Notes: generated by a model not told the origin, from the sequence alone. 64,000 bases of DNA from Schmidtea polychroa (GCA_044892525.1 CM097885.1:5830001-5894000); one strand, 5' to 3'; shown: positions 40,669 through 63,589, numbered from the stretch's first letter. Numbers and translations: made by a program.

Positions 40669-41574
40669 AGTCAAACCTGTGATGCCTGTTTTAATAACCG
40701 CAACCATTTATTTGTATTGTGACCATTTTCTTTTGTATTTCTTAGTCTTGGTGCCATATTTAGCAATAATAAACTGAATTATTTGAGATCTTTGTTTTAA
40801 AACTGTTTTTCGAATAGTAATTATCGTCACAGTAGCAATATAGGATAGTCCTAAATGAGTAATATTAAACATGCACCTATACTATATTGAAATTGATGCT
40901 ACTCTCAAGCAGAAGAGAAGAATATTATATGTAGAAAATTCCCATAACTATATATTTTTTTAACCTTTAGTGTTCAAACTCTTCGAGAATCTGAGAAAGG
41001 ACATGATACAAGCCTAGCGACTGGTCGAAGGCCTCCAAGGGGCGATGTAGAGAACTGGAACACACCTGGTTTAGCCCCGAAGACATGAAAAAATGTCTAC
41101 AACAGATCGAGATGCTGCACCTTCAAAGCGCACAGGACAAAACCGAAATCCGCGCTCTAAAAGTACAAATTCGCGTAATGGAGACGAAATTAAACCAGAG
41201 AGCCGTCGACGAACATGTTGCTACAGCCGTTCGCTCAATATCCACTGAGTTGGCAGGAATCCGCGCAGCTAAGCCAGGCAAGCCCAAGCGCAGAGGCTAG
41301 GTCGGGATGGAAGAGAGCGCTTGAAGCGACTCTGAATGACCAAACAGGGCACCCGGTCGAATCAGGATCGTCGCAACCCAAATCATCTTACGAACAATAA
41401 GGTGTTAATAAAACTAGAGTATCAATAAAACTGTCGTATCTTCCTACTCGTATGTTGCATGTTAGTTAGCTGAGTTAGAAAGAATGGGTTATAGAGCTTG
41501 GGAAGATCATTAAAATAAAGGACCGAAGCAAATCGGACACATATCTTGTATCGATAGTCCGTGAACCCAAAGAG

Positions 41575-43291
41575 AAAGCTTCTGTTTTTACTTTGCACCG
41601 TGAATGTTTCGTTGTCTCCGAATGTTGGTGCCGTTATTGGCGACTTTAATTGTTTTCCCTACTTTTGTATTGGAAAGAGCAAGGGCTGTTGCATTTGAAA
41701 GCCTTGCCTCCGAATTTGTTGTGGTAGTAGCACCAGTTTTGATTCATATTGTAATTGCTGTTTGAAATGTTTGTGTTGTCGAATCGGTTGTTAAAGTTTA
41801 TTTTTTGTTCAATGGGTATGTTTTGGTACTTTTGGTTTTTCCTTGTATCTCTCCTTTGTGATTCTTGTAGATCAATCCAAAGATACTTGTTTTCTGTTAT
41901 TACACCATCTACTTTCTTTATTAGAAAATTTTGTAGTTTATTTGTTTCATTGTTAGGGTTTTCTTGTTCTTGAAAACTTTCTCTCTTATTTTTCCACTGG
42001 TTTTGTTTTCTGCATGTCTTACAGATTGTTGAGAATATTTCGTCGTTTATTTTGTTACATATTTAGGCTAACGTGTTGAGGTCTGTGCAGTTGTTTGCAA
42101 CGAGGATGCGCCTAATTTCCGGTGGCATAGCCCTCATAAATAATTCTTTTACGAATTCATTAGGTCCTGAGCTTGATATTTTGGGCTGTAAGTATTCTAA
42201 TTTTCTTTTGAGGTTCCTTAAGAATTTTCTAGGTTTGTCGTTTCCCAGTTGTATGTCTTTTAAGCAGGATTCCAGTATTTCTCTTCTTATTTTCTTTGTC
42301 TTATTTCTATTTAATAGGGTTTTGTATAGCATTTCGAAATGGTTGTCGTTTATTGCTATCTTGTCGATACTGTTTGCTATCTCATTTACAATATTGTTGG
42401 GCAGTGCGGCTATTATATGTGAGCGTAATGTTCTTGATGATTTTATGCCTGATAAGCTTAATGTCAATTTGGCAAAATCTAGCAATTATTGGGGTGTGCC
42501 ATAGTTGTCTGTAAAAAAATTGGGTATATTAGCCTTGGGGTTTATGGTGTGAGTGTTATCTGAATTGGTGCTTTCGTTAGGTTGGCGGTTGGAATTTTCC
42601 ATTGTTTGTATGATGTTGTTGTTTGTTGGGATTGTTTGGTTTGATGCCATTTCTTTGTTTGATTGTGTGGCAAAAGAATTTAGATTATTAGAAGGGTATG
42701 GCTTACTGTGTTCAGCCAAAAGTGTTATTATCCTTTAAACCTCTATTCTAAGTATGCTAAAAGGCGTAGAGAATGAAGAAAAAAATGTTGAATGCGAGTT
42801 TTGTTTGTTCTTTACTTCTGACACCAGTTATTATGTGGATTTATCAATGATAGAGTGGTTTTGTTGTTTAGAGGAAATTGTAGGGTCCAACACAGTCATC
42901 GTAAAAACTTGTTTGGGACAGTTGAAGTGTTTGTATGTTAATAGGATTTACAATAAAATTTTGTTAATAAAATTTATTTTACAATTACAATAAAAATTTA
43001 AAGCAACCTTTGCTATTTTCTTGGTAGTTTATTTTCACTTTTCTTATCAGGTAGATTTGCGGATCGAAGAAAGTTGTCATGAGGATTACATACTGAACAA
43101 TGACAGATGGTGAACAATGATTGGTGGCCCAAGTGTAATATGAAAAGTAACCCATCTCTTATTTTCAATTTGCTTAAGTTGATAATATTTGTTAAGTTGA
43201 CCACCAGAATGAATAAATGCAGACCCTAATGAGTAGTCTCAATAATTGATGTCTAAATTTAATATTTTAAAGTAAACTCTTTATCATAACT
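41575..43291 (-). mobile_element. Ty3/Gypsy 5' portion: LTR, tRNA-Leu PBS and degenerate gag
   Basis: LTR 42826-43291 with AGTTAT..ATAACT termini; PBS TGGTGTCAGAAGT. Gag QLGNDKPRKFLRNL..KELFMRAMP and WCYYHNKFGGKAFKCNSPC knuckle; pol absent. Confidence 0.85.
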
Positions 43292-43778
43292 TACAAGTTA
43301 AACTACTTTTAATAAATGGTCATTGACCTCTAGCCAAATGCGTGAGCACATTAAAATATATTATTATTATTGTCTTACTTTTTAAGTTGAAATTAATTCA
43401 TTAATACAAATAGAATTATTATTTTTTCATTTATATTTTTAAGATATTATCAATAATTTTTACACAAAAAAAGTATTATAGCTATTATAAATATTACTAA
43501 GAACACTATGTTTGTATTTTATTGACTCTTAATTAATTAATTTAAAGTTTAAATTCAATTAATTATTTAAATATTTTTAATTATATAAAATTAAGTTTGT
43601 TCGAATAATATTAAACAAAATTTAAAAATAATATTTTGCATTATTTAAATTTAAATTATGAAAATTTTAAAATTATTTAATATTCTTAGTTTTTTAATTG
43701 ATCAATAATAATATAATATGTAGTTTTAAATTTTAATTTTAGACATTAGCTTCCTTGAAAAAATCTGTTAATCAAGTT

Positions 43779-51371
<7,593 letters not shown>

Positions 51372-52841
51372 GAATATCTTTGTGGAAATCCTTTGGCTGT
51401 TTCAGATAGAATCTTTTCTGATTTCCAAAATATTCTACTGAGTTAATATTTATTTGGTAAGCTGGCAAATATATAAATATATATATAATGTTTCCCATAG
51501 ATTATTTGTTTCCTTTGCCATTCATTTCAATTGCATTTCTTTAAGTTTTTTGATTTTTATTATTAAATTTCGATTTTAATTAAATTTTATTAAATCAATA
51601 AAAATAAATTTTGGAAATATTTATATGATTGAAAAATATTAATTCGGATAGGCCATTTTTAATTGGGAATATTTGAACAGTTAAAATAATTTAAATCGAA
51701 TTTAAAGAAAGATTTAAAGAAGGAATTAAATTTGACAAATTATCCATAAATGGAATAGTTGCTGAAGAACAGCAAAATGTTATCTAGGGTAGCCAAATCT
51801 AGATTTGCACTGAAGGTACCTACTATTCATGAGTTGCACAAGCAATCTAATCTTTTATCAGTTTCACTATTGATCGATTATTTTTTCATCAATTGTGATC
51901 ATAAATCTTTTTTTATTTTTAATTATTTTATATAAATTTTCTTTGCGGCTTTTTTGTTTTTGAAAAATAATGTAGCAAATATTTATAGAAATAAGAATAA
52001 AGGACAACTTAAGTTAGGAAAAGTGTCAACACTAGATCAATCGATAAAAAACCTCGATTTTTTATTCTTCCCTTAGATATTACTTACTAAAAATTTAAAT
52101 TTATAAGTAATATATATTAATTAATTTTTAACTTATACTATATACATGATTTTGACACTGAATTAAGCAGCATATTTCAAGTTGACTGGTGTCTCAAATA
52201 ATCGGGATTGTCACCAGGTTTAAGCTCCGTGTCCCAGTGTCCCGAACTATATATTGAAAATTATTATTTTTTGAAAAAAAATAGAAAATATTGATTGATA
52301 GTCCTGCAAAAATGTGAATATTAAATTGTAAAAAGATCAGTGATAAAAGAGATAAAGAGATTTTACTCCTGCAAAATGAAATATTTTCAATGTATAATCT
52401 AATGCAAACATCAATAGTGCTTACATCAATTTTATGGCACAAAGATGATTTTAGTTCTGGTTCAGGGCTTTCAATTCCGTATGGTATTCAGTTTTTGGGC
52501 ATAAACGGATATTTTACCTTATTTTATAAATTTGTTTTCATTATGTTTAGGTAGATATGAGCCTACAACGTCACCATCAGTTACCGCGCACTGGTTGGCA
52601 ACACAGACCCCTTCCCCCTCACCTTCAAGGTCAAGTCGTAATTATTGACTAAAAATTATTTTTATTGATTCAAAAGTGCATTTATTGGTTTTTAAGTGCA
52701 ATTTTATTTAAAAAGAAATTCAAGTATTTATTAAAACGTGGAAATATTGATTTTAAAATCAAAATTTGACTTTTTAATGAATTTTTTTATTATAAATGTT
52801 ATTATAATGTCACGTAGATGAGGTAATAATAATAATAATTA

Positions 52842-53650
52842 TGTTGGGGTTCAATGTAATGGGCACAAAAATGAAGTGAAAATTAATAAAAGCATTAAAT
52901 TCACAATAATAATTGAAGTACAAAAGTATTAATTAAAAATCAAAAGAAATTAAAAAAAAACTAATATGGGAGAATGTCATACAATGAGACGAGTTCAAAT
53001 ATTATAAAATCAATGGGGGCAGGGGTCTCCAGAATGAAATATTTACAAAAAACTAAAATTAATTATCTAATGGAAAACACGAGCAGAATAACAAAATCAT
53101 TTAATTAAGTCACGCAAATTTGAGGAATGGGGAAAACCCGAGAGAAAAGACTAAATTAAATTCGGGTAAATTTATAAAAATAACTGAATTTTTTGTAAAC
53201 CTAAAAGCTCCAAATTGAAAACAAATTAGGTAAATATGGGGAAGTCTAGCTTGAAAATGCTAAAAATGACAAAATCAATTTGATTGAGAAAGAATTTAAT
53301 TATATGATAAGTATAAAAATTGCAGCCAAGTCAACATAATTGCCAATTGGTCAAAGAAAGAAGCTTGGTATATTCTAAAGTAATTGGAAACGATTTTAAA
53401 TTTAGTAATAACCCAATCGAGTTGAGTCTTAGGGTAACTGAAATGGACATCTCCCATTGGAAGACACATTCCTATACCAGACTAAAAGTGTTATTGACAA
53501 TTGTGTAGAATAAAGTGTTACGTAAAGTGGTGCAAAGTGAAATTTTTGTATTAAAGTGTGAGGCTAATAAAAGTACTTGTGGTAATTTCGAATAAATATT
53601 ATTGTGTTGGATTGTTCGATTTAAAAGGACATGAAGAAGTCAGACTTACA
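52842..53650 (+). mobile_element. Solo LTR (~810 bp) of a second family
   Basis: TG..CA termini (TGTTGGGG..GACTTACA) flanked by TAATTA on both sides. Related sequence at about 32648-33238 and 60372-61116 (shared GGGAAGYC motif; GTCAGA..ACTTRCA end in the latter). Confidence 0.6.
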
Positions 53651-54920
53651 TAATTACATAATAATTTAATTTGATATTTTAATCAAATTACAATGGAAAA
53701 CTAGTTTCGAGCATATTTGGTTCTCGTAGGTGCCATGTCAGACTTCAAATTCTCCACAAAAATTTGGTGACAAGGATAATATGGGGATAAGCCTAGTTTG
53801 TGTTATCTAAAATGAATTTATAAATTTGATAAAAGCAGTACAACTGTTATCTACCGGTGGGGCCTTATTATGGATTTATTCGATTCTGGATCTGATTGCA
53901 AAGTGATGGAGTTTGATCCAAGGTTGAATCAAGTTTCTTGCATGTTACTCATGAGAGCTAAATAAGTTTTAAAATAGTATTCATCCGAAAAGGAAAACCA
54001 TTTGATCTCAATAATGTATTATACACTTCAGACAAAATGACAATACTAACTAGATTGTTTTCCCTTTAATAGGATGTATTCTTATCAATAATTTCTCATT
54101 GTGAAATTCCACATTAATGAAATTTTCTAAAGCAAACTAAATTATTATTTTAATGATAGGTCGCTTTTTATTGATTTTCGCCATATCTAATTGGGGTTCA
54201 TTAGTCTTTCTTCACTTGGCAGGCTGTAAACATACAAGCTTATTTATGGTTTTAATTAGCTGTTGGGCAGTTGGTCGGGTCTACGAGAGATTTCCAAGTA
54301 ATAGGGGATGATAGTCCTCAACGCAAAGTTATCATACTACATTCATGACGGACCCTTAACCAAATGCCCACACAATTACATTCCTAACATGACACCCATG
54401 ATTCGCATCATGTTGGTGCTGTGCCATGCCGGCGAGCTACGATGAAGCAGGTGAGCCCCTGCCTTAGGACTACTCCTTCATCCCAACTCGACTGAACCAT
54501 TTTCCGACTGCCGCTAGAAGGACTTACGTCATTTTCTATCGCTCACGGTATTAGTGTTGCTCATATCATTTTAATCATCGATTATCCCGCTATCATCGCA
54601 ACTTTTTATCTACGACGGACTTCTGACAATCATACAACACAAAAGTTCATGATACTCTAGTTACAAATTACCACAGAAAGTTTATTTTTACCCCCTGTAC
54701 TCATGTCATTACTAACAGCTACCAACGGTTTTTATACAGAAAGGTCTCAACATCAACGAGGTCATTCAAACTTATCATTCAACAACAAGTAATGTATTTA
54801 GTATTTACAGCATTATATTGATCACTTATTACAAAGTGTTCGGCGACGTTCCTGCAAAGATCTCGTCGAGGTCAAAGAAATCCCGGGCATCTTCTTCCCA
54901 AGAGGCCTTCGTAGGAGGTA

Positions 54921-55589
54921 TTACTCGAAACGCAGGTGGAGAGCGAGCTGTTTCCTCTGCCGGAAGTGCCGGGGCGGCTGCTTAGCTGCGGCGATGAAGT
55001 TCGTCTCTCTTTCGGCTTGGAGAGCTGTTCGTTTCTTAGTTTGCTCGGCACGAAACGGTTGCCGGCGCTTGGTAGTCTTTACCGCCTCCGGAAGAGTGAC
55101 CGGGGACAATGTCTTGGTTACTTGCGGAGCCGCTTGGCTGATACCGGTAAAAACGACGTCGGAGGAGGTTGTTGGCCGCGGGGCGTCAGAACGACTAACA
55201 TTTGCCGGATTTTTGGATTTTGCCAAACCTATCAGCTGATAATGGTGATGCGGGAAGACATTATCTTCCTCTGCGATGTGGATGTCGACGATTTTCTTTG
55301 TGATAGACGCCTGCACATAGACTTTGTACAGCGCCTCTGACTGTTCCTTAATCAGAGCTCACAACGCGCCGCTCTCTTCGGTCAGTTCGTCTCGGCATCG
55401 TTCTGCGCGAGTCAATTCCAGTCTTATCTCCTTCATTTGAGCGGGGGAGAAATAGGTCCTCTCTAGATGATCGGATTTTTTCTTTAAAAGACCGTTCTGT
55501 GTCTGGAGTGTTTTGATCAAGAGGTTTTTATCGGCGCAGGAGAAGCATGGCCGCAGGCTGGTTATGGTTGTTGGGGTTTTTGACATATC
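54921..55589 (-). pseudogene. Diverged LTR-borne coiled-coil/basic ORF with one in-frame TGA
   Basis: ORFs 55359-55601 and 54921-55316 are in the same frame, separated by one TGA (L*ALIK vs IRALK in paralogues). LERTYFSPAQMKE motif; basic C-terminus. Confidence 0.55.
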
Positions 55590-57277
55590 TAAATGAATCA
55601 AACGTAGGTATTAAAATCATGCTTGCTACTAATAGTCATCACAACAGTCATCATCCCCAATCACACTTCGTGGTATAACGGTAGATTTTAAAATAAAATA
55701 AAGAAAAACAATCACCCTCGCTTTCCACACATGCATCGGAGAAGTCTCGGAGTTTTGACAGTTCTAGCCCGTGGCTTACTCAATTTTGCCTCATTAATTT
55801 ATTTATACATTTGATTTTCCTCCTACTAACTGGTGCAGTAAACTTTCGCAGAAAACGATGGGTTTTAGGTTAAACCAAACCAAAATGTATAAAATCAATT
55901 CTTGTGATCTAATTTCCTCTGGCGCAATACCTATAGTCTTTAACTACACGAGAACAAGCTTCCATAATGAAAAAAATTAATCCGGATCAGTGATGAAGGA
56001 GTTGGTTTTTAACAGAAAGAGCAGCAAATCAGATCATTTGACATTATAGGTGGCTTGTAATATAAGAATGTAGAACAATTGAAGTTTGAAGAAAAATCAA
56101 GTTTTCATCTATACCCAGGCTACACCACTCCCTTATACAAACGCTACACCTATTTTGCATTCCATAAGAAATCCTAATCAAAGTTTGCAATCTCATTCCC
56201 AGTACAAAGATGAGGAAGACGTCTGAACCCCGCCAATCTAATTCAAGCATACTAATGTCGTCAGGGGGTCTTTATTGTGTATTCAATAGTTGATAAATGT
56301 GATGACGAGAAGAATTAAGTTGGAAACCCGTACTGATAATCGCAACATCCCTTTACGAACTTAAGATCAGTAATAGAGAATAATCAATTTAAAATAAGAA
56401 TGAAAACCTTTATATTAAATTCACCATTCGAAACGAATAAAAATTATTTTTCTTTATATTTGATAGTTACCTTGGTCAATTAAATAAACAGTTATAAAAT
56501 TTTTCAAGAATATTAAAAAAAAAAATCAAATTTTATTTTATGTAAATCGAACTGGCACAAGGCCGAAGAGGAGAACGGTTCTCGCCCTTATTAGACTGTA
56601 ATTTTTATGTGTATTCTCTAAGGATGCTGAAGTTAGGAACTCTGGCATCAAACGTGGTTATTACAAAATATTTTATCATCAAGCTTTAATTCGCAGGATT
56701 AGTTTCGGTTTTTTCTTTCTTATTATCGGTTAGTAGAGGTATCTTATCAGCATGCATCTTGGGCGCATATTTATATATATCGGATATTAGTTCGGTGGCT
56801 TAGTTTCGGATTTTTCTTTCGCAATATCGGTTAGTGGAGGCTTTCAGTCCAACCAGCATATGCTTCCTGTCTAGTAAGATTAAAATATCGGAGTAGGAAG
56901 ACTCCATTTGTGATTTTTGTAACGTTAATAAATGATGTACTTGTAATATAATAAGAATTGAAAGGATGTTGTATAAAGTAACAAGGGTTTAGTATACTAC
57001 AGATATGAACAACTAAAAAGTATTATCCTATGGGCGGGACCCCTACAAGGACCCCTACATTTACCCATCAACAATATATATCTATTTATATTTAATTTTA
57101 TATAATTGTAAATAAAGATTATTAGTTATTGATAATTAAAGGGGATAGAGTTATGTTAGTAGTTGAGGCAAATAGCAAAGCATTAATAATTAAATTAAAC
57201 ATTAAAAAACCTAAATAATTAATATTAGTATAATAGTAAAATATTTGAGCTATATAAATACACATACATACACATAT

Positions 57278-57864
<587 letters not shown>

Positions 57865-60800
57865 TCATTATTATAGGTACTTTCAATCCCTGGAGGAGAC
57901 ATATGAAATTCTGAACAACTACGTATTTATCGTATTACGTTTATAATAACCATAGTGTACAAATAAATATGGGTATGCTTTGACATTATATACTATAAAT
58001 ATAAATATATTATAAATATAAATATTACTCGAAAGTGTTCCGTAAATTAAAATCGGGATAATACCATCTGGTCGATAAACAATGCTTTATTTATTGAATG
58101 ATTTTAAATTTAGTGCTAGCTGTGCCGTTATTTGGATAAGATGAGATCCGCCGGGTTACTGGCTTTACTGATTTATACGAGTTACTGATTGGGCTCGTAC
58201 CGGTATAAAAATTTGGAATAGGCGTAAAAAAAATATATCTGTTAGTTGCCGTGAAAATTCTCAGGTGTCGATTTTACCAGCGCACATTTGTTTAGAATTG
58301 GCGATTAGACGTTGACTTATCATAATCAGTAGATAAATTGGTCCTTATGGCGTTCACGTATTCGGCTAAAACGTCAATTCTCGTGCCTCCATACACAACT
58401 ATATTCGGGTCATCCGAGGCATATCGTTCACTTCACCTGAAAATTTTACCAAATGTTCGTGGTACACTCAAAAGTTAAAAGTACAAATCCGCTATCGAAA
58501 ATCATGTTGAACTGGGCGGGGTAGTTCTATACGTGCAGAAAATTTGGTTTTTCGTTAGATAATCTCATCCAGGGATACCCTCTATCCTTAGATCTGTCTG
58601 AAAAATTTGGTAACTCAAACTAACTCCTAAACATCTGGTTTTCAGCTGAAATAACAATGCTAGAATATCTAATAGAATTTCTAAAATGACGATAAGACCT
58701 TATGAGTACAGCTCGCGATAGTCCGGACCACAGTTGTAGAGTCAGATAAATCGATGCTAGAAGTAACTCTCGGAAGATCTGTAGTGATGACGGGTGATGT
58801 TTCGAGTACGGCAGTTTTTTGGAAAAATGAACAGAACGGGAGTTGGTTACTGAGAAAATCATCGAAATGCAGACCTTAGGAAAGTAACGAACGAGAGTTA
58901 ATTATCATGCATTTTTCGACTCCCCTAGTCATTGCGAGGGCCCATTCACACAAATAGCATTATTGATAATTGTAAAAATTCATTTACAGCGACTTCTGTC
59001 TTTCTTTTAAAGTTTTTATCTTTCATCTCCTGTGGCGACAGATCAGTTGGGAAACCCCCACAAATGACCCGATTCCAGCCACTACGATGCTGAAGAATCA
59101 TCCGACCTTCTGGCAAGAGGAACAAATTGTGTCCCTCAAGCTGTGGCCAGCTGAACCTCAGTGTCGTGGAATACATATAAAATCATTGAAACTATACCTC
59201 ACTATTCTACTGTCATTCTTACATTGTATTTACAAAAATAGCATTCTAATCATATATTGTTTATTCAAAATTTATTTAATAAAAGTTATATTAAATTAAA
59301 TTTACTTTTCTACAGTTGAAATAGGTTGGCTGCTAAAAACTTCCAAATGCTTGAGCTCCGAGTGATTTGTTAGAGTTATCGGCTGGTTTCGAATTAGTCC
59401 TTGATGAATCGCTAATTGAGTCCTTAAAATGCTTGAAATGCTTAAAATGCTTTGGGTTAACTCTGGTAGTTAGTAAAGAAAAATTTTACCTTAAAATGCT
59501 CTGGCTTAACTCTGAAAATTTTATTTCAGTGTCTCCCTTATATACCTAATTGTGAATGTGTGCGGACCAATCAGAATTGAGGTGCTTTTTAATTATTTAT
59601 TTTAATTTAATTTCTCTGTTTTTCGTTAATTTTCCTATTGTTTCTTTATTTTTCTTTATTTTTTATTTATTTTCTTATTAATTATTTGATTTTTATGTTA
59701 TTTTCCTATTTTTTTCGTTTTTCCTATCTTGGTTTTTTATTTTTATTTTTTGTTTTAATTCTCTATGTTTAATTTATTATTACCTATTTACTGTGTTTCT
59801 TAATTTGTTTTTCTAATTTTTAATTTATTTTTCTAATTAATTTATAATTTTTGTATTGTTTCTTAGTGTTTTTCCTCTGATTTTCTTAGGTTATCTCGTT
59901 TTTTATTTCAGCCCAACATAACTAATAATTTTTAAATAACATCATCTGGGAGTTCCTAATCAAATTTCATATTTCATTTGCTACTCGCTTATCCTTTATT
60001 TTATTAAACTTTTAATTAATTTCTCGAATTTTTAAAAATTATCTTTTTCATGTGTTGTACAAAACCCTTTGCACCTCTTTTTATACAATACAAACAAATA
60101 TTTATGAAATCAAATGTATGTTCGTCGGTTCATTCGGCTATCCGTTCGTCCCGCAACAAAGTAAAGCAATAAATTATCAACAAATCATGCATGTAATAAA
60201 AATAAAAAGTATATGTGAAATTTCTCCTCAACAGAATTAGAAATGAAACTTAATTTTAATTAATAAATGTTAATAAATTTAAATAAAACAATTCAGATTC
60301 CAGTTTATTAACTAATAAGTCAAGTTAAAGTTGTGGAATCTCTTGAATTTTTACGAGTTCCGACTAGATTATGTCGGGGTTAGTACTAAAACCAATATAT
60401 AAAAGGAAGGTGTAACAAATATTGTTAAAATAAATAAAAAGCTCCAAAAAACAAAAGTACAAAATCAATTAAAATTTACTAAAAATCGAAAATCAATACG
60501 GAACTGGGGAAACCGTTGTGGTTGAAAGCCAAATTGAGAAATTATAATGAAAATTTAATAGGGGTTTCGCAGGGAAAGTTATAACGAAAAAACAAATTAA
60601 ATAAAGTTAATTGTAATCTGTAATGGGAAGTCCGAGCTAATGAGGAACTCTAAGTGCATTGAGACCTGACCGACTAGATAGGAAAGTGAACTCACTCGAG
60701 CCCCAACAAATTAAAATGATTTAACAACCCTCAAAATATTTACCCAAGATTCTCGAAAGCTAATTTTTTCAATAATCCTAAATTCTGTAGGTAATTGCCC

Positions 60801-61227
60801 TTTTAGAAAAGTTTAAAAGAGAGCTCAAAAACAGACAATCCGCCAGTTTTCGAAGAAACAAGAAAAAAACTGAGTGAATAAGTAAGTCAGCGATCAGAAG
60901 ATAAAATCTAGTAATTGAAAGCAATTTTTACTGTCGCACCCGAAAAGGTGATTGCCCATTGTGTTGTCTACCCTAGGGAGCAATATTTATTAGAGAGAAA
61001 GGTGCAAATCTAGTGACGAATTGAAATTGTGATTGAAGTTTAATAAAGTTAATCCGTGGTGGTTTCGATTATTTGTTTAAATAAGAACACGAGTAGTCAG
61101 AGAAAACCGACTTGCAAAATATGGAATATTTTCTCTATATCTCAAGGGTGTTGGTACTTCATAAGCCCTCCTTCCCCTTGATTGTAACTGTATAACTAAT
61201 AAATGAGAAAAAAATTATTATTTGTAT

Positions 61228-62610
61228 TTATTGAAACACCAATAATAAAGTATCAGTTTCCTTTTGTAATATTTTCTGGATTTTTTTCGCTTTCACTGTT
61301 TGTGTAATCTGAAATGTCGATTAAAACAAAATTAAATCTTATCTAAGAAATCACCGTAATAAACACGACTAAAAGTGATTCCAGGACTTGCTTGATTGGA
61401 ACTGTAATTTTAATTAAATTCATAACAATAAGTCAACTCTAATCTACCTTCGACAGAAAATTCCATTGTTCAAGGTTGGATTGACTTCCGATTTGAAAAA
61501 CGGAACCCTGGGTATTACATATAGGAAATAATTTCCGTTTCCGTTGTTACCGAACACCTGATGAGCCGCCCAACAAATTGGACTCGCCTGGAAGAGATAT
61601 TTCAAAAAAGAAAACTCTTTAAAAATTTACTGTTGAATAAACTTTGAAGCCGACACAAATTGAGGATGAGTTGCAGGTCGTTGGGCAAGAAACACTCACA
61701 GGTCCTTCGGTTTGGGAATTCTGCAATTTTTCATTCGTTTCAAATGATTCACGACAATCGTCAATCTTCATTGTCGCTAAATTAATTACATTTCAATAGA
61801 AAATTAGTAATAAAAATAATGATATTACGGGAATATTGGCAGTTATGCATTACAGACAACCTGATGCTTGAGCCTTGCTCTTTGTCTGCATGTAGAACTA
61901 GTTTCAGTTCTTCAGCAGGTACCGGGTCAAATATTAAAACTTTATTTTCATTATTTGCAGAAAGACCGAGATTATATCCCTAAATCAAGTGATTTAGTAA
62001 AACAAACATTCAGAACCGAATATAACCAGCTCCCCTGTTGTTGGAACTGCTACAAGATTCCAAGGACCTTTTGATGAACCTTTCCATATTATTTCAATAG
62101 TTTTAATAACATCCTTTCCATCCTTTCCTGGTCTAATTAGTAAACCACAAACGTTACTATTATTTCGTGGCAAAATCACCTTTTTAAAAATATATAAATA
62201 AAAGCATTAAAATGCAAATTTCAAATGAATACGTTAAGAACAATTGGTGTTTCACTGGGCTTGAATGATATCCCATTTCCCGAATTGAACTTTCCATCAT
62301 TCTGAATGTTGTCCACAGAGCTTGTAACTGATTCCCCATTGGTTTGGAATTTTAGATTTTCCTCGTAAAAATCCGCGCCTAAAAGTTATTCTCATCCAAT
62401 CAAATTCCAGTAATTTTCTACCTGTCAAAATGAGATCATTTGGAAGTCCAATTGTCCGTTTTTCTCTCAATTCTCCCGACACGATTTGCCACAAATCCTG
62501 ATCAGAATCTTTACAATTTATCCCAATTAAACCTTGAGAATAAAATTCAAAATTAATGATATAAATACAAAATATTAACTCAGCGCAATAATTATTAGCA
62601 AAAGTTTCAT
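61228..62610 (-). CDS. Secreted protein with a possible discoidin/F5-8C-like beta domain and an LCCL domain (9 exons, roughly 335 aa)
   Basis: Manual splicing over eight ~45-50-nt GT-AG introns gives an open frame: signal peptide MKLLLIIIALSLIGINC; ..IFDPVPAEELKLVL..SSIRLSVMHNC; LCCL-like C..VSCPTTC..VGFKVYSTASPICWAAHQ..NNGI. Confidence 0.7.
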
Positions 62611-63589
62611 TTTTGATTACTACTCATAAACAATAAACATATTTCTGGAGCAACCTTTATACCATTTCTTACCTCCATCTGGTACATAATCTCCAGGTAA
62701 CACGTGGAGACCTAACTTGATTTTTATTACAAAAATAATATTTTCCCACCAAAAATATTCTATAAATGGAACTTTGTTTTTTTCTGGCGGTTTTATGATT
62801 GTTTACGTATGCGATCCTTATGGAGCTTTGACAGTCTTTTATTAATGCACTGTTACGTTTATTTATGTGTAAACAATAATTTATTATTATGAAATTTACT
62901 ATTTTGTTTTATTGAATGACTCTTAAATAATTTTCTAGGGAAAAATTAAAAAATAAACGAAAACTTTCGAATTGAGTTGACTTTTCAAACGTCGGTTTAA
63001 AATTTGTATTGGATATTTCACCCGCCATAAGGATAAAGTGTCGAAGCCTTTTTTTGGGATTCAAGAGTTAGAGTTGGGAGTAATTATTGTTTAATTAAAG
63101 CATAACGAAATATAAATTTGTCCTCGAACAAACATCACCCTAAAACATTATTTAGGGCCTAGTTTCAGCTCCTTTACATCCACTCTCACCGTGTGATATC
63201 TTGAAAGAAACATTGAGGAGGATAATCTTTTTTTTCATAACAAACACTCATTTAAATTTCATTCAATCCTTTTAGTATTAAATACTTCACCTCAATGTTA
63301 CCTTTGACTGACTCTTGCTTTCCTAATGAGAATGTGATTGTCATCCGTGAGTGGTAAGGTCTTACGTATAATATAATAAGGTAAATAATGCCGGGTAAAA
63401 TTCACCTACATAAATGAAGAGGCTCTTTCAATTAAAAAATAACCGAATATAAAATATAATATCCTTAAAATAGTATTAAATTAAAAATCAAAAATTTTAC
63501 ATGTTGTTAAAAGCATTTCATTGTCTTTATGAATCGTAATTTTTATTGTAGACTTCTAAAAAAGGAGAAGATGGATGGTGGAAATCTGT

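Noticed and set aside
58946..59176. Fifth member of the FSP..MK family (DLSPQEMKDK)
   Set aside because: Only a short motif matches, with no coiled-coil context.
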